This document shows positions 9,580-18,925 of a stretch of 64,000 bases of DNA, piece after piece; within the stretch, counting starts at the first letter, position 1; each line of letters begins with the position of its first letter. Both the position numbers and the translations under genes were made by a program. Under the pieces are notes generated by a model. The model was not told the DNA's origin. It searched no databases and worked only from the letters and a program-made list of their open reading frames with translations. Source of the stretch: Minisyncoccota bacterium. Its GTDB lineage: Bacteria; Patescibacteriota; Minisyncoccia; Phycocordibacterales; PALSA-1337. Where the stretch lies: positions 94,618-158,617 of the forward strand of contig JBAZRG010000002.1 of NCBI GenBank assembly GCA_041663145.1, in the 5' to 3' direction.

Positions 9580-10257
9580 TCAGTGTGCTATCGAAATACC
9601 TTTAACTTTTTTGAATCCCGCATTTCTCATTGTCTCCAAAGCCTCCTTCATGGTGCTTCCTGTAGTGATAACATCATCGATAATGAGGACATCCTTGTTT
9701 AGAAATTGCGAATCTTTTGACTTTAGATCATCCAATATCACGATATCTACAGAGAATATCCCTCGGGCACTTACGAGTCGATCTGACCTATTCTTTAGAG
9801 TCTGTCTATCTTTGTGCTGTATTCGGACCAATAGATTCGAAATTACTCTGAATCTATCGGTACTATCAAGTTTTTTTATTTCTTCACAGATCAATTCACA
9901 TTGATTGAATCCTCGTTCGCGTCGTCTCTTTATTGTGATTGGCATCGGAATGATTGTGATAGGTTGGTCGGGACTATTGAGGGTCGATGAAGTATTCCGC
10001 ATGGCTTTATACAGGATAAAAGCCCCAATAGCTGTGGCTTTTTTTGATTTTTTATATTTAATATTCCAAATCAGTTTTGCAACACGTTCATCTTTGTAGG
10101 CGAGGACTCCTCGAGCATCGGGTATAGGAGAAGCAGAAGCTCGAGGTAGCGATTGTTCGGCCTTTTCTGGTGATAATGAAAAAAGTTCTTTTTCAGCAGG
10201 AGAAAGAGGGAATATAGCTTCAAGAATAGTTTTGTATAAAGCTTTTATGAATGACAT
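9580..10257 (-). CDS. comFC: ComF family protein (ComFC-like phosphoribosyltransferase domain)
   Basis: The C-terminal PRTase motif (VLIIDDVITTGSTMKEA) is present and the size fits ComFC. It lies adjacent to the pilus locus. Confidence 0.7.
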   Translation of the reverse strand: MSFIKALYKTILEAIFPLSPAEKELFSLSPEKAEQSLPRASASPIPDARGVLAYKDERVAKLIWNIKYKKSKKATAIGAFILYKAMRNTSSTLNSPDQPITIIPMPITIKRRRERGFNQCELICEEIKKLDSTDRFRVISNLLVRIQHKDRQTLKNRSDRLVSARGIFSVDIVILDDLKSKDSQFLNKDVLIIDDVITTGSTMKEALETMRNAGFKKVKGISIAH

Positions 10258-10331
10258 TTGAATGACATGTTTCTATCCACAATGTTGCATGTAATACCGA
10301 TTTTTATGATTTTATCTGCTATACTATTAGC

Positions 10332-11429
10332 ATGTCATTCTTTTCTTCACTGTTCAAGAAGGAAGCAAGCGTGCTTGGCATCGATCTCGGTTCTTCTGCT
10401 ATCAAGATCGTTCAGATCAAGAAAAAACACGGCAAAGCTGTTTTGGAAACATATGGGGAATTATCCCTGGGCCCTTACGCCAATATTGAGATCGGTAGGG
10501 CGGTTTCTTTGCCGGCCGAAAAGATGATTCAGGCCATCAAGGATATTTTACGTGAATCAAAAACTACCGCGAATATCTGTGGATCAGCTTTGCCTCTCTC
10601 GGCTAGTTTGATCACATTTATGACTATACCGGCCGTTCCCGACAAACAAATAGCAGACGTGGTCAATATAGAAGCCAGAAAATATATCCCCGTACCATTA
10701 AATGAAGTTTTATTGGATTACTCGATCATTCCTAGAGAAGAGGCATATACCAGTCAAGATGAGACCGCCAAAGCTGAAAAGAAAGGTAAAGACATTTTGG
10801 TTGTCGCCATACACAATGACTATATAAACGAATATCAGTCAATCATGCAGGGTAGTGGTCTCTTGCCTAGTTTTTATGAAATAGAAATATTCAGTTCGAT
10901 CCGTTCAGTTATCGATCAGGGTGTCGCCACGCATATGATCATAGACATGGGAGCGCGTTCAACAAAGTTGTATATTGTCGAAAGGGGTGTTTTACGAGCT
11001 TCGCATATCATCAATAGGGGCAGTCAAGATATAACTCTGGCTTTATCAAAAGCTCTATCCATCACTATTTCCGAAGCGGAGACCATGAAGAGGGCTTATG
11101 GTCTGAAGGGTGGTCCTGAATACAAAGAATTGACCGAGATCATAACAGTTAACCTCGATTATATGTTTTATGAGGCAAATGCGACCCTGCTTAGCTATCA
11201 AAAGAAATATTCCAAAAATGTAAATAAAATAATCTTGACTGGAGGAGGAGTTTTACTCCGTGGTTTTACTGATCTTGCCAAGATAAGTTTTCAGACCGAA
11301 GTCGTCTATGCGGATCCTTTCGGAAAATTGGAAACTCCCGCTTTTTTTGCCCAAGAATTCGCAAAATCAGGACCTGAATTTGCCGTAGCTATCGGAGCGG
11401 CATTGCGTAGGTTGGCGGAGCTAGAATAA
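10332..11429 (+). CDS. pilM: type IV pilus assembly protein PilM (actin-like ATPase fold)
   Basis: The N-terminus (VLGIDLGSSAIKIVQIKKK) is typical of the PilM/FtsA-like family. It is the first gene of the pilMNO-pilB series. Confidence 0.8.
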   Translation: MSFFSSLFKKEASVLGIDLGSSAIKIVQIKKKHGKAVLETYGELSLGPYANIEIGRAVSLPAEKMIQAIKDILRESKTTANICGSALPLSASLITFMTIPAVPDKQIADVVNIEARKYIPVPLNEVLLDYSIIPREEAYTSQDETAKAEKKGKDILVVAIHNDYINEYQSIMQGSGLLPSFYEIEIFSSIRSVIDQGVATHMIIDMGARSTKLYIVERGVLRASHIINRGSQDITLALSKALSITISEAETMKRAYGLKGGPEYKELTEIITVNLDYMFYEANATLLSYQKKYSKNVNKIILTGGGVLLRGFTDLAKISFQTEVVYADPFGKLETPAFFAQEFAKSGPEFAVAIGAALRRLAELE

Positions 11430-11495
11430 GGCACGCTTCGACTTATACACACTACTCATTGAGCTCTAGTCTGCTATAATTGTATGTGAATCATT

Positions 11496-12164
11496 ATGGA
11501 TCCAAAATTCCAAACTTCTTTCATACCAAAGAGTCCAATGCCTGGCTTAGGAGCAAGGAGTAATATGGCCTCGATAAAAAAACCACCTCGGCATATAGCT
11601 AGTCTTTATATGATTTTGGCTACCACCTTACTCGTCATATCTATTGCCGGAGTAGGAGGTGCCTTTCTCTGGAAGCAATATCAGATCTCTCTGCAAGAAA
11701 AACTCAAGATCGAGCTAGCTGACCGGGAAAAACAATTCAACATCAATCTCATCGAACAGTTGAAACAAGTCAATGTGCAGATCGATACTGCTAGAGGATT
11801 GTTGCGTGAACATAGAGCTGTATCGGCGATCTTCGATTTGATTTCTAAATTGACTGTTGAAAAAATCCAATTTACAACATTAGAAATTGTTGGACCAGAT
11901 AATCCTGGTGGTGATTTGAATATTACATTAGAGGGCAGTGGTGCCAATTTGGCTGTACTGGCTTTCCAGTCAGATGTTTTGGGATCACTCGAACGTTACA
12001 ATCTACGCAAAGCCATAAAAAATCCAATAATCAGCAATCCGAAGATCGGTGCCGATGGTCTGACTTCCTTTATCCTTGAAGCAAGCGTCGATCCATCCAG
12101 TGTTTCCTATGAGAGGATAGTAACTGGCGATGATACAGGTTCGGCAACATCGACTTCACTTTAA
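11496..12164 (+). CDS. pilN: PilN-like type IV pilus assembly protein
   Basis: Single N-terminal TM helix followed by a coiled coil. Its position after pilM supports the call. Confidence 0.5.
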   Translation: MDPKFQTSFIPKSPMPGLGARSNMASIKKPPRHIASLYMILATTLLVISIAGVGGAFLWKQYQISLQEKLKIELADREKQFNINLIEQLKQVNVQIDTARGLLREHRAVSAIFDLISKLTVEKIQFTTLEIVGPDNPGGDLNITLEGSGANLAVLAFQSDVLGSLERYNLRKAIKNPIISNPKIGADGLTSFILEASVDPSSVSYERIVTGDDTGSATSTSL

Positions 12165-12170
12165 AATATT

Positions 12171-12758
12171 ATGAATCGTAACATTATAGCTACAATATTG
12201 ATCGTTCTGGCTATCGGCACGTATTTTACTGTAACCAAAAAGATCATGATCGAAGTAGATGAAGTGCGTAAAGTCAACGCCGAATATGATTCGGCTATAG
12301 AGAGTGCTAAAAGACTGATCAGTGTGCGCGACCAAGTGCTCCGTGACTACAACAACCTTTCAGCTGTTGATCGTGATCGTCTATCTCGAATGGTGCCTGG
12401 ATCGATCGATAATATTCGATTGATGCTACAAGTTAAGGATGTGGCTATGACTCATGGATTTACTCTGGATGATCTACGTGCGGAAACGTCGGCAAAGTCA
12501 TCAGATACAAACACGTCAATGCCAACACGGAATCCAGACGGTTCTACTTCACAGTATTCGATTGCTACGCCAACTATGGATACAGTTACAGTGTCATTTT
12601 TAGCCAGTGCACCGTATCTAGAGTTCATAGGCTTCCTTCAGGATCTCGAAGCAAATCTCCGTATTATGGATGTGAGTAAGCTCAGTATGAAATCCAGTGA
12701 AGATGGTGTGTATGATTTTACAGTCGAACTAAAGACTTATTGGTTGCGTCAACAATAA
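12171..12758 (+). CDS. pilO: PilO-like type IV pilus assembly protein
   Basis: Single TM helix plus periplasmic domain. It follows pilN. Confidence 0.45.
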   Translation: MNRNIIATILIVLAIGTYFTVTKKIMIEVDEVRKVNAEYDSAIESAKRLISVRDQVLRDYNNLSAVDRDRLSRMVPGSIDNIRLMLQVKDVAMTHGFTLDDLRAETSAKSSDTNTSMPTRNPDGSTSQYSIATPTMDTVTVSFLASAPYLEFIGFLQDLEANLRIMDVSKLSMKSSEDGVYDFTVELKTYWLRQQ

Positions 12759-13090
12759 TTCAAAACCACATGAATAATCAGAAATCATCCAACAAATCAG
12801 CCCTGATCATCGGTATAATCGTCGTTGTGGCGGCTATCGGTTTCTTTTATTTTCAAGGCAAAGAATCACCTGATGATGGACTACTCAGTGTACAGCAGAC
12901 CGAGCCGGTCACCGCTCAAATCATTGGTCTTTTGAATCAGATCGAATCACTCCGTATCGATACATCTATATTTCGTAGTGTTTCTTATCAAACTCTTCGA
13001 GAGTATCCTGTAACGATTCCGGAACTCAATGTTGGGCGACCAAATCCTTTTGCGCCCGTATCCGGTCAGTCGGCCGGCAGTCGACGGTAA
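12740..13090 (+). CDS. small membrane protein in pilus operon (PilP-like?)
   Basis: 116 aa with one TM helix. It overlaps the end of pilO by about 19 nt. Confidence 0.3.
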   Translation: MVASTIIQNHMNNQKSSNKSALIIGIIVVVAAIGFFYFQGKESPDDGLLSVQQTEPVTAQIIGLLNQIESLRIDTSIFRSVSYQTLREYPVTIPELNVGRPNPFAPVSGQSAGSRR

Positions 13091-13101
13091 TCTCACAAAG
13101 C

Positions 13102-14886
13102 ATGTCAGTTCTAGATATACTCCTTCAAAAAAAACTATTAACCAAAGATGATGTCCGTGAAGTGCGCAGACAGATGTCTTCTGGCGGTTCTTTGGAAGAA
13201 AGTCTCATAGCTCAAGGAGTCAAGATCGAAGACATAGTCGGAGCTAGAGGTGAATTTTTGAATATTCCGGTACGGGTCATTTCGAGTGGAAGTGTCCCTT
13301 TTGAGGCACTGGACTATGTGCCTGAAGAATCAGCTTTGCATTATCGTTTTGTCCCGATAGGGCTCAAAGATGGAATGCTTGAAGTGGGTATTGTTGATCC
13401 AGACAATATGGAGGCGCGTGACGCTTTGAATTTTCTAGTTTCTAAGAAAAATATTCCATACAAAATATTTCTGATCACCATAGATGATTTTCAGAAGGTC
13501 ATAGAAATGTATAAGGGAATAACGGGCGAAGTCACAAAAGCTTTGTCCGAATTGGAGACGGAACTCTCAAATGAAGTAGAGTCGACTCGCGGTACAAAGA
13601 AGCCTGAATCAAGTTCGATGTCCGAAGAGTCCAATGCTGGTCTGGCTAAAAAAGTCGAGTCAAAACCGGGTGAAACGAAACAAAGCATTGAGGAAACATT
13701 GATCGTCGAAGATGCGCCTATCGTCAAAATAGTTGCTACCATCGTCCGTTATGCTGTCGAAGGGGAAGCATCCGACGTTCACATAGAACACATGAGAGAT
13801 AAAGTCCGAGTCCGTTTTCGAGTCGACGGAGTTTTGAATACCTCGCTTGTCATGCCATCTACTGTACATTCAGCGGTAGTTGCTCGTATCAAAGTCATAT
13901 CGAATATGCGTCTTGATGAGAAAAGAAAACCGCAAGACGGACGTTTTTCGGCCAGGATAGATGGACGAAGGGTTGATTTTCGTGTCTCGACATTCCCAGC
14001 CTATTATGGAGAGAAAGTCGAAATGCGTATCTTGGATCAGGCCAAAGGCGTCCGTACACTCGCGGAATTGGGTCTTTCAAATACATACATTGACATGGTC
14101 CGAAAGGCTCTCGATGCTCCATACGGAATGATACTCATCACCGGACCTACAGGTTCCGGAAAATCCACCACGCTCTACTCTATTTTGAATGAAATGGATC
14201 GTGAGAGTTACAACGTCCTTTCTCTCGAAGACCCTGTCGAGTATCAGATCGAAGGCGTCAGCCAATCACAGGTACGTCCGGAGATCGGTTACGATTTTAG
14301 TTCGGGACTCCGAACTACTTTGCGCCAGGATCCGGATATCATCATGGTGGGAGAGATTCGCGATAAAGAGACGGCTCAGCTCGCGGTGCAGGCCGCTTTG
14401 ACCGGTCACTTGGTCTTCTCGACTTTGCATACTAACAACGCGGCCGGCGTCATTCCTCGTCTTATCGATATGGGTGTCGATCCGTATCTGATCGCCCCAA
14501 CTCTCATCTTAGCTGTAGCTCAAAGATTGGTCAGTTTGCTTCCACCTGGAGGAGGACAGCCGACACCAGTAGATGGCAGTATCAAGGCTATGATAGATCG
14601 TCAATTTGCCGATCTTCCCGAACAATTCAAAAAAGAAATACCGTTTTCGGATACGGTTATGAAAATAAAGCCAACTTCTGATGCTCCAAAGGGTACACGT
14701 GGTCGTATGGCGGTATTCGAGATGTTCACAATGGATAAAGAGATCGAACAAGCCATATTGAGGAATGCCACGGAGATCGAAATCCAAAAGATTGTCCGCG
14801 AAAAAGGCATGTTGTCGATAAAGGAAAGCGCGATCGTTAAAGCTTTTGAAAAGAAGATACCTTTTGAAGAGGTAAACAAATTGTAG
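13102..14886 (+). CDS. pilB: type IV pilus assembly ATPase PilB (GspE family)
   Basis: N-terminal T2SSE_N-like domain, Walker A (GPTGSGKSTTLYS), Asp/His boxes and a zinc-binding tetracysteine-less C-terminal domain. Size is 594 aa. Confidence 0.9.
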   Translation: MSVLDILLQKKLLTKDDVREVRRQMSSGGSLEESLIAQGVKIEDIVGARGEFLNIPVRVISSGSVPFEALDYVPEESALHYRFVPIGLKDGMLEVGIVDPDNMEARDALNFLVSKKNIPYKIFLITIDDFQKVIEMYKGITGEVTKALSELETELSNEVESTRGTKKPESSSMSEESNAGLAKKVESKPGETKQSIEETLIVEDAPIVKIVATIVRYAVEGEASDVHIEHMRDKVRVRFRVDGVLNTSLVMPSTVHSAVVARIKVISNMRLDEKRKPQDGRFSARIDGRRVDFRVSTFPAYYGEKVEMRILDQAKGVRTLAELGLSNTYIDMVRKALDAPYGMILITGPTGSGKSTTLYSILNEMDRESYNVLSLEDPVEYQIEGVSQSQVRPEIGYDFSSGLRTTLRQDPDIIMVGEIRDKETAQLAVQAALTGHLVFSTLHTNNAAGVIPRLIDMGVDPYLIAPTLILAVAQRLVSLLPPGGGQPTPVDGSIKAMIDRQFADLPEQFKKEIPFSDTVMKIKPTSDAPKGTRGRMAVFEMFTMDKEIEQAILRNATEIEIQKIVREKGMLSIKESAIVKAFEKKIPFEEVNKL

Positions 14887-14889
14887 ATA

Positions 14890-15315
14890 ATGTATAATAT
14901 CGTCATGAATGAACAATCCACAAAAAAGATTTTATTTATAGATGATGACAAATTCCTTCTGGATATGTACTCACTAAAATTCACAAAAGCCGGTTATGAG
15001 GTCAAAACTGCCGATTCGACCGAAAGCGCAGTAAAGATCTTGCGTGATGGGTACTCTCCGGCTGTTATTCTGGTTGACGTTGTGATGCCGGGTATGGATG
15101 GACTCGATCTGGTGTCAATAATCCGAAAAGAAGGACTAGACGGCAAATCGAAGATTGTCATGCTTACAAACCAAGGAGCATCGGATGAGATAGTTCGAGC
15201 CAAGAAGCTCAATGTGGACGGTTATATCGTCAAGGCCACAACCATACCGTCGGAAGTTTTGGAAGAAGTTGATAAGATTATTAAAAATAATAGCAAACAG
15301 GAGGTTTCAAAATAA
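14890..15315 (+). CDS. response regulator receiver domain protein (CheY-like, no output domain)
   Basis: KILFIDDDKFLLDMYS ... VDVVMPGMDGLDLV ... VMLTNQ carry the receiver Asp and Lys positions. Confidence 0.8.
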   Translation: MYNIVMNEQSTKKILFIDDDKFLLDMYSLKFTKAGYEVKTADSTESAVKILRDGYSPAVILVDVVMPGMDGLDLVSIIRKEGLDGKSKIVMLTNQGASDEIVRAKKLNVDGYIVKATTIPSEVLEEVDKIIKNNSKQEVSK

Positions 15316-15320
15316 AAAAC

Positions 15321-16379
15321 ATGGACTATAAATCTGAAATAGAAGATTTGGTAAATCTGATATTGAAAGAGGGAGCTTCCGATCTGCATCTTTCGGTCGG
15401 TCGCAATCCGATCATCAGAGCATCGAGCAATCTTATACCCTTACTAAAGAGGCCTGTTCTTACCGAGGCCGATATGAAAGGTTTTATGAATGTGTTCTTG
15501 TCTCCAGCCAGCAAAGATCTACTCGAAGAGAGTAAAGACGTGGATTTTTCATATAGTCTTACCCACGCTCGATTTCGAGGTAATGCCTTTTATCGTCAAG
15601 GAGTGATCTCTATAGCCCTACGTCTCATCCCAAAAGTCATACGCACGCTCTCCGAGCTCAATCTTCCTCCGATATTGGAAACATTTACTAGGAGACCGCA
15701 AGGTTTCTTCCTCGTAGTGGGTCCGATCGGTCAGGGTAAAACAACCACCCTCTCATCATTGGTCGAACTCATAAATACCACAAGGACTGAGCATATATTG
15801 ACCATCGAAGATCCGATAGAGTATCTATTCGAATCAAAAAAATCCATCATCGATCAGAGAGAGGTCCGTCTCGATACTCCAGACTTTAACAATGCTCTTA
15901 CCGCCATGTTCCGTGAAGATATAGACGTGGCTATGGTCGGCGAGATGCGCGATGCAAATACCATGTCTACAGCAGTGACCGCGGCCGAAACTGGCCACCT
16001 CGTTTTCTCGACATTGCATACAAATAGCGCCGCCTCGACAGTCGATCGTATCATCGATACATTTTCTCCAAATCAGCAAGATCAGATCCGTGTGCAGTTG
16101 GCGGGATCTTTGACGGGTATCTTTTCCCAGCGACTCATACCGAGAATATCGGGCGGACTGATACCGGCTTATGAACTCCTCATAAATAACAGCGCTGTTT
16201 CAAATCTGATCCGTGAACGTCGCACACACGAATTGAATACAGTTATAGAGACAAGTTCACAAGTGGGTATGATAGATATGAACAGATCTTTGGCCGAATT
16301 GGTCCGGGCAGGGGAGATCACGGTTGAGAACGCCTATATGAGTTCATTAAATCCAAAGACATTGGAAAGAATGATATAG
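15321..16379 (+). CDS. pilT: twitching motility ATPase PilT
   Basis: Walker A (GPIGQGKTTT), EDPIEY, and the AIRN-like region. Size is 352 aa. Confidence 0.9.
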   Translation: MDYKSEIEDLVNLILKEGASDLHLSVGRNPIIRASSNLIPLLKRPVLTEADMKGFMNVFLSPASKDLLEESKDVDFSYSLTHARFRGNAFYRQGVISIALRLIPKVIRTLSELNLPPILETFTRRPQGFFLVVGPIGQGKTTTLSSLVELINTTRTEHILTIEDPIEYLFESKKSIIDQREVRLDTPDFNNALTAMFREDIDVAMVGEMRDANTMSTAVTAAETGHLVFSTLHTNSAASTVDRIIDTFSPNQQDQIRVQLAGSLTGIFSQRLIPRISGGLIPAYELLINNSAVSNLIRERRTHELNTVIETSSQVGMIDMNRSLAELVRAGEITVENAYMSSLNPKTLERMI

Positions 16380-16406
16380 AAATGTGTAAATCAATAATAA
16401 ATAAAC

Positions 16407-17615
16407 ATGCTTTTTAATTACGAAGCCATAGATGATACCGGAGCCAAAAAGACTGGTTCGATCGATGCTATCAATGTCGATGTAGCCATTTCTTCACTGC
16501 AACGTCGTGGTCTGGTTTTGTCGTCTATCAGGGATGCTGAGACTCGTTCATTTCTATCAAAGAATATATCATTTTTCGATAGGGTCTCGACAAAAGATGT
16601 TGTTATTTTGTCACGCCAGCTATCAACCCTATTTGAAGCTCAAGTTTCAGCTTTGCGCGTCTTTCGACTTCTGGCTGCCGAATCAGAAAATCACACTCTG
16701 GCGGCAAAATTGCAGATCGTAGCCGATGATCTCCAAAGTGGAAGCTCGATGTCGCAGGCCATGGCCAAGCACCCAAAGATCTTTTCGGAGTTTTATACAA
16801 ACATGGTCAAGGCTGGAGAAGAATCTGGAAAATTGGATGAGACATTCCAATACCTGGCGGATTATCTGGAGAGGACATACGAATTGTCCTCGAAAGTTCG
16901 CGGTGCTCTCATATATCCAGCTTTCGTGGTGGTCACTTTCTTTACTGTCATGATATTGATGTTCACTATGGTTATTCCGAAGATCAGCGGCATCATCACC
17001 GAGTCTGGAGCTGAAATACCGATCTATACACAGGTTATATTGGGTATAAGTAATTTCTTGGTTCAATATTTCTTTATTTTGGCTGTAATCTTTGCAGTGA
17101 TCGTATTTTTTGTTATTCGTTTTATAAGAACTCCAGCAGGTAGTATGGCTTTCGATCAGTTCAAATTGACTATTCCTTATATCAATACTCTATTTCGCAA
17201 AATGTATCTGGCGCGTATGGCAGACAATATGAATACAATGCTCATCTCAGGCATACCGATCATTCGAGCGTTGGAGCTGACTGCCGATGTTATCGACAAT
17301 AAAGTCTATGAACAAATCATGCACAATGCCGTCGAGTCGGTCAAAGGAGGCAAGACTCTGTCCGAAGCATTGTCTAATAATAACGAATATATTCCAGGCA
17401 TTATGGTTCAGATGACAAAGGTTGGTGAAGAAACCGGTGAAGTTGGTAATATCTTGAAGACCTTGGCTCGTTTTTATGGTCGTGAAGTTGCAACGGCGGT
17501 CGACTCTCTAGTGTCACTTATCGAACCTGGAATGATAGTGCTATTGGGAGGCGGTGTAGCGGTATTGCTAGCTTCCGTCCTAGTGCCAATCTACAATATT
17601 GCCGGCGCCCAGTAG
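16407..17615 (+). CDS. pilC: type IV pilus platform protein PilC (GspF family)
   Basis: Two GspF repeats and 3 TM helices. Size is 402 aa. Confidence 0.88.
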   Translation: MLFNYEAIDDTGAKKTGSIDAINVDVAISSLQRRGLVLSSIRDAETRSFLSKNISFFDRVSTKDVVILSRQLSTLFEAQVSALRVFRLLAAESENHTLAAKLQIVADDLQSGSSMSQAMAKHPKIFSEFYTNMVKAGEESGKLDETFQYLADYLERTYELSSKVRGALIYPAFVVVTFFTVMILMFTMVIPKISGIITESGAEIPIYTQVILGISNFLVQYFFILAVIFAVIVFFVIRFIRTPAGSMAFDQFKLTIPYINTLFRKMYLARMADNMNTMLISGIPIIRALELTADVIDNKVYEQIMHNAVESVKGGKTLSEALSNNNEYIPGIMVQMTKVGEETGEVGNILKTLARFYGREVATAVDSLVSLIEPGMIVLLGGGVAVLLASVLVPIYNIAGAQ

Positions 17616-17732
17616 GGCGGATTGTTATCCACATGTGGCATTACATCGCAATTATAGGGTAGTGCTATAATTGTGCTAACAGCCTTAAATAGGTTAGTTA
17701 TTAGAGGATTAATAATTATTAGTAAATAATAT

Positions 17733-18188
17733 ATGAAAAAGTACACAAGAGGTTTCACTCTTATAGAGTTGCTCGTGGTAATCGCCATCATCGGTATTTT
17801 GGCGTCAGTAGTGCTCGTCTCCTTGGGCTCAGCAAGAGCAAAGGGTAGGGCTGCATCTGCTCAAAGCAGTATGACAAGCATGAGAGCACAGGCGGAATTA
17901 AATGTTTCTGCTAGTGGCACATATCCTTCAACGCTTTGTACAGCAACTACAGGTGAGCTTGCTACATTACTAGCTGCTGTTCAGACACAAACAGGTGTAG
18001 CACCTACTTGTGATGTTACTACTGCAGGAGGTTCATGGGCTGTTTCAGCAACTATGACAGGAGTTGGTGGTGTTGCTGGTACGAATACAGCTTACTTCTG
18101 TGTTGATAGTTCCGGTTTCTCCGGTGGACGAGTAACAGCTGGAATTACCGGTTCTGACGGTACGACATGGGCTTGCCCAGCTTCATAG
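17733..18188 (+). CDS. type IV major pilin, copy 1
   Basis: MKKYTRGFTLIELLVVIAIIGILASVVLVSLG is a class III signal with Gly at -1 and Glu at +5. A Cys pair lies near the C-terminus. A TATAAT box sits upstream and a terminator downstream. Confidence 0.85.
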   Translation: MKKYTRGFTLIELLVVIAIIGILASVVLVSLGSARAKGRAASAQSSMTSMRAQAELNVSASGTYPSTLCTATTGELATLLAAVQTQTGVAPTCDVTTAGGSWAVSATMTGVGGVAGTNTAYFCVDSSGFSGGRVTAGITGSDGTTWACPAS

Positions 18189-18206
18189 TATCTATTCTTT
18201 AGTTTG

Positions 18207-18244
18207 AAAAACTGCCCGCCTCTTAGGTGGGCAGTTTTGTTTGG
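18207..18244 (+). terminator. rho-independent terminator after pilin copy 1
   Basis: Stem CTGCCCGCC / GGTGGGCAG with a 5-nt loop, followed by TTTTGTTT. Confidence 0.6.
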
Positions 18245-18398
18245 GGCGACGTAGTGACATGTTACTGGGGGTGCGCCTGTTATTATCCACACATGGCATT
18301 ACATTGCAATTCTAAGGGAATGCTATAATGCTATAATTGTGCTAACAGCCTTAAATAGGTTAGTTATTAGAGGATTAATAATTATTAGTAAATAATAT

Positions 18399-18854
18399 AT
18401 GAAAAAGTACACAAGAGGTTTCACTCTTATAGAGTTGCTCGTGGTAATCGCCATCATCGGTATTTTGGCGTCAGTAGTGCTCGTCTCCTTGGGCTCAGCA
18501 AGAGCAAAGGGTAGGGCTGCATCTGCTCAAAGCAGTATGACAAGCATGAGAGCACAGGCGGAATTAAATGTTTCTGCTAGTGGCACATATCCTTCAACGC
18601 TTTGTACAGCAACTACAGGTGAGCTTGCTACATTACTAGCTGCTGTTCAGACACAAACAGGTGTAGCACCTACTTGTGATGTTACTACTGCAGGAGGTTC
18701 ATGGGCTGTTTCAGCAACTATGACAGGAGTTGGTGGTGTTGCTGGTACGAATACAGCTTACTTCTGTGTTGATAGTTCCGGTTTCTCCGGTGGACGAGTA
18801 ACAGCTGGAATTACCGGTTCTGACGGTACGACATGGGCTTGCCCAGCTTCATAG
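18399..18854 (+). CDS. type IV major pilin, copy 2 (identical protein)
   Basis: The 151-aa product is identical to that of 17733-18188. Confidence 0.85.
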   Translation: MKKYTRGFTLIELLVVIAIIGILASVVLVSLGSARAKGRAASAQSSMTSMRAQAELNVSASGTYPSTLCTATTGELATLLAAVQTQTGVAPTCDVTTAGGSWAVSATMTGVGGVAGTNTAYFCVDSSGFSGGRVTAGITGSDGTTWACPAS

Positions 18855-18872
18855 TATCTATTCTTTAGTTTG

Positions 18873-18910
18873 AAAAACTGCCCGCCTCTTAGGTGGGCAG
18901 TTTTGTTGGT
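18873..18910 (+). terminator. rho-independent terminator after pilin copy 2
   Basis: Same hairpin and T-tract as the copy 1 terminator. Confidence 0.6.
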
Positions 18911-18925
18911 GCTATAATCATCTTC

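Larger units (their letters stand above)
17622..18909 (+). repeat. tandem direct duplication (about 2 x 650 bp) of the pilin gene with its promoter and terminator
   Basis: The upstream sequence (TTATCCACATGTGGCATTACAT...GCTATAATTGTGCTAACAGCC...), the coding sequence and the terminator all recur. Copy 2 has a small extra TGCTATAA insertion. Confidence 0.8.

Noticed and set aside
10258-10527. 89-aa plus-strand ORF overlapping the pilM start
   Set aside because: It is out of frame with pilM, has no motif, and lies in the comFC-pilM intergenic region.
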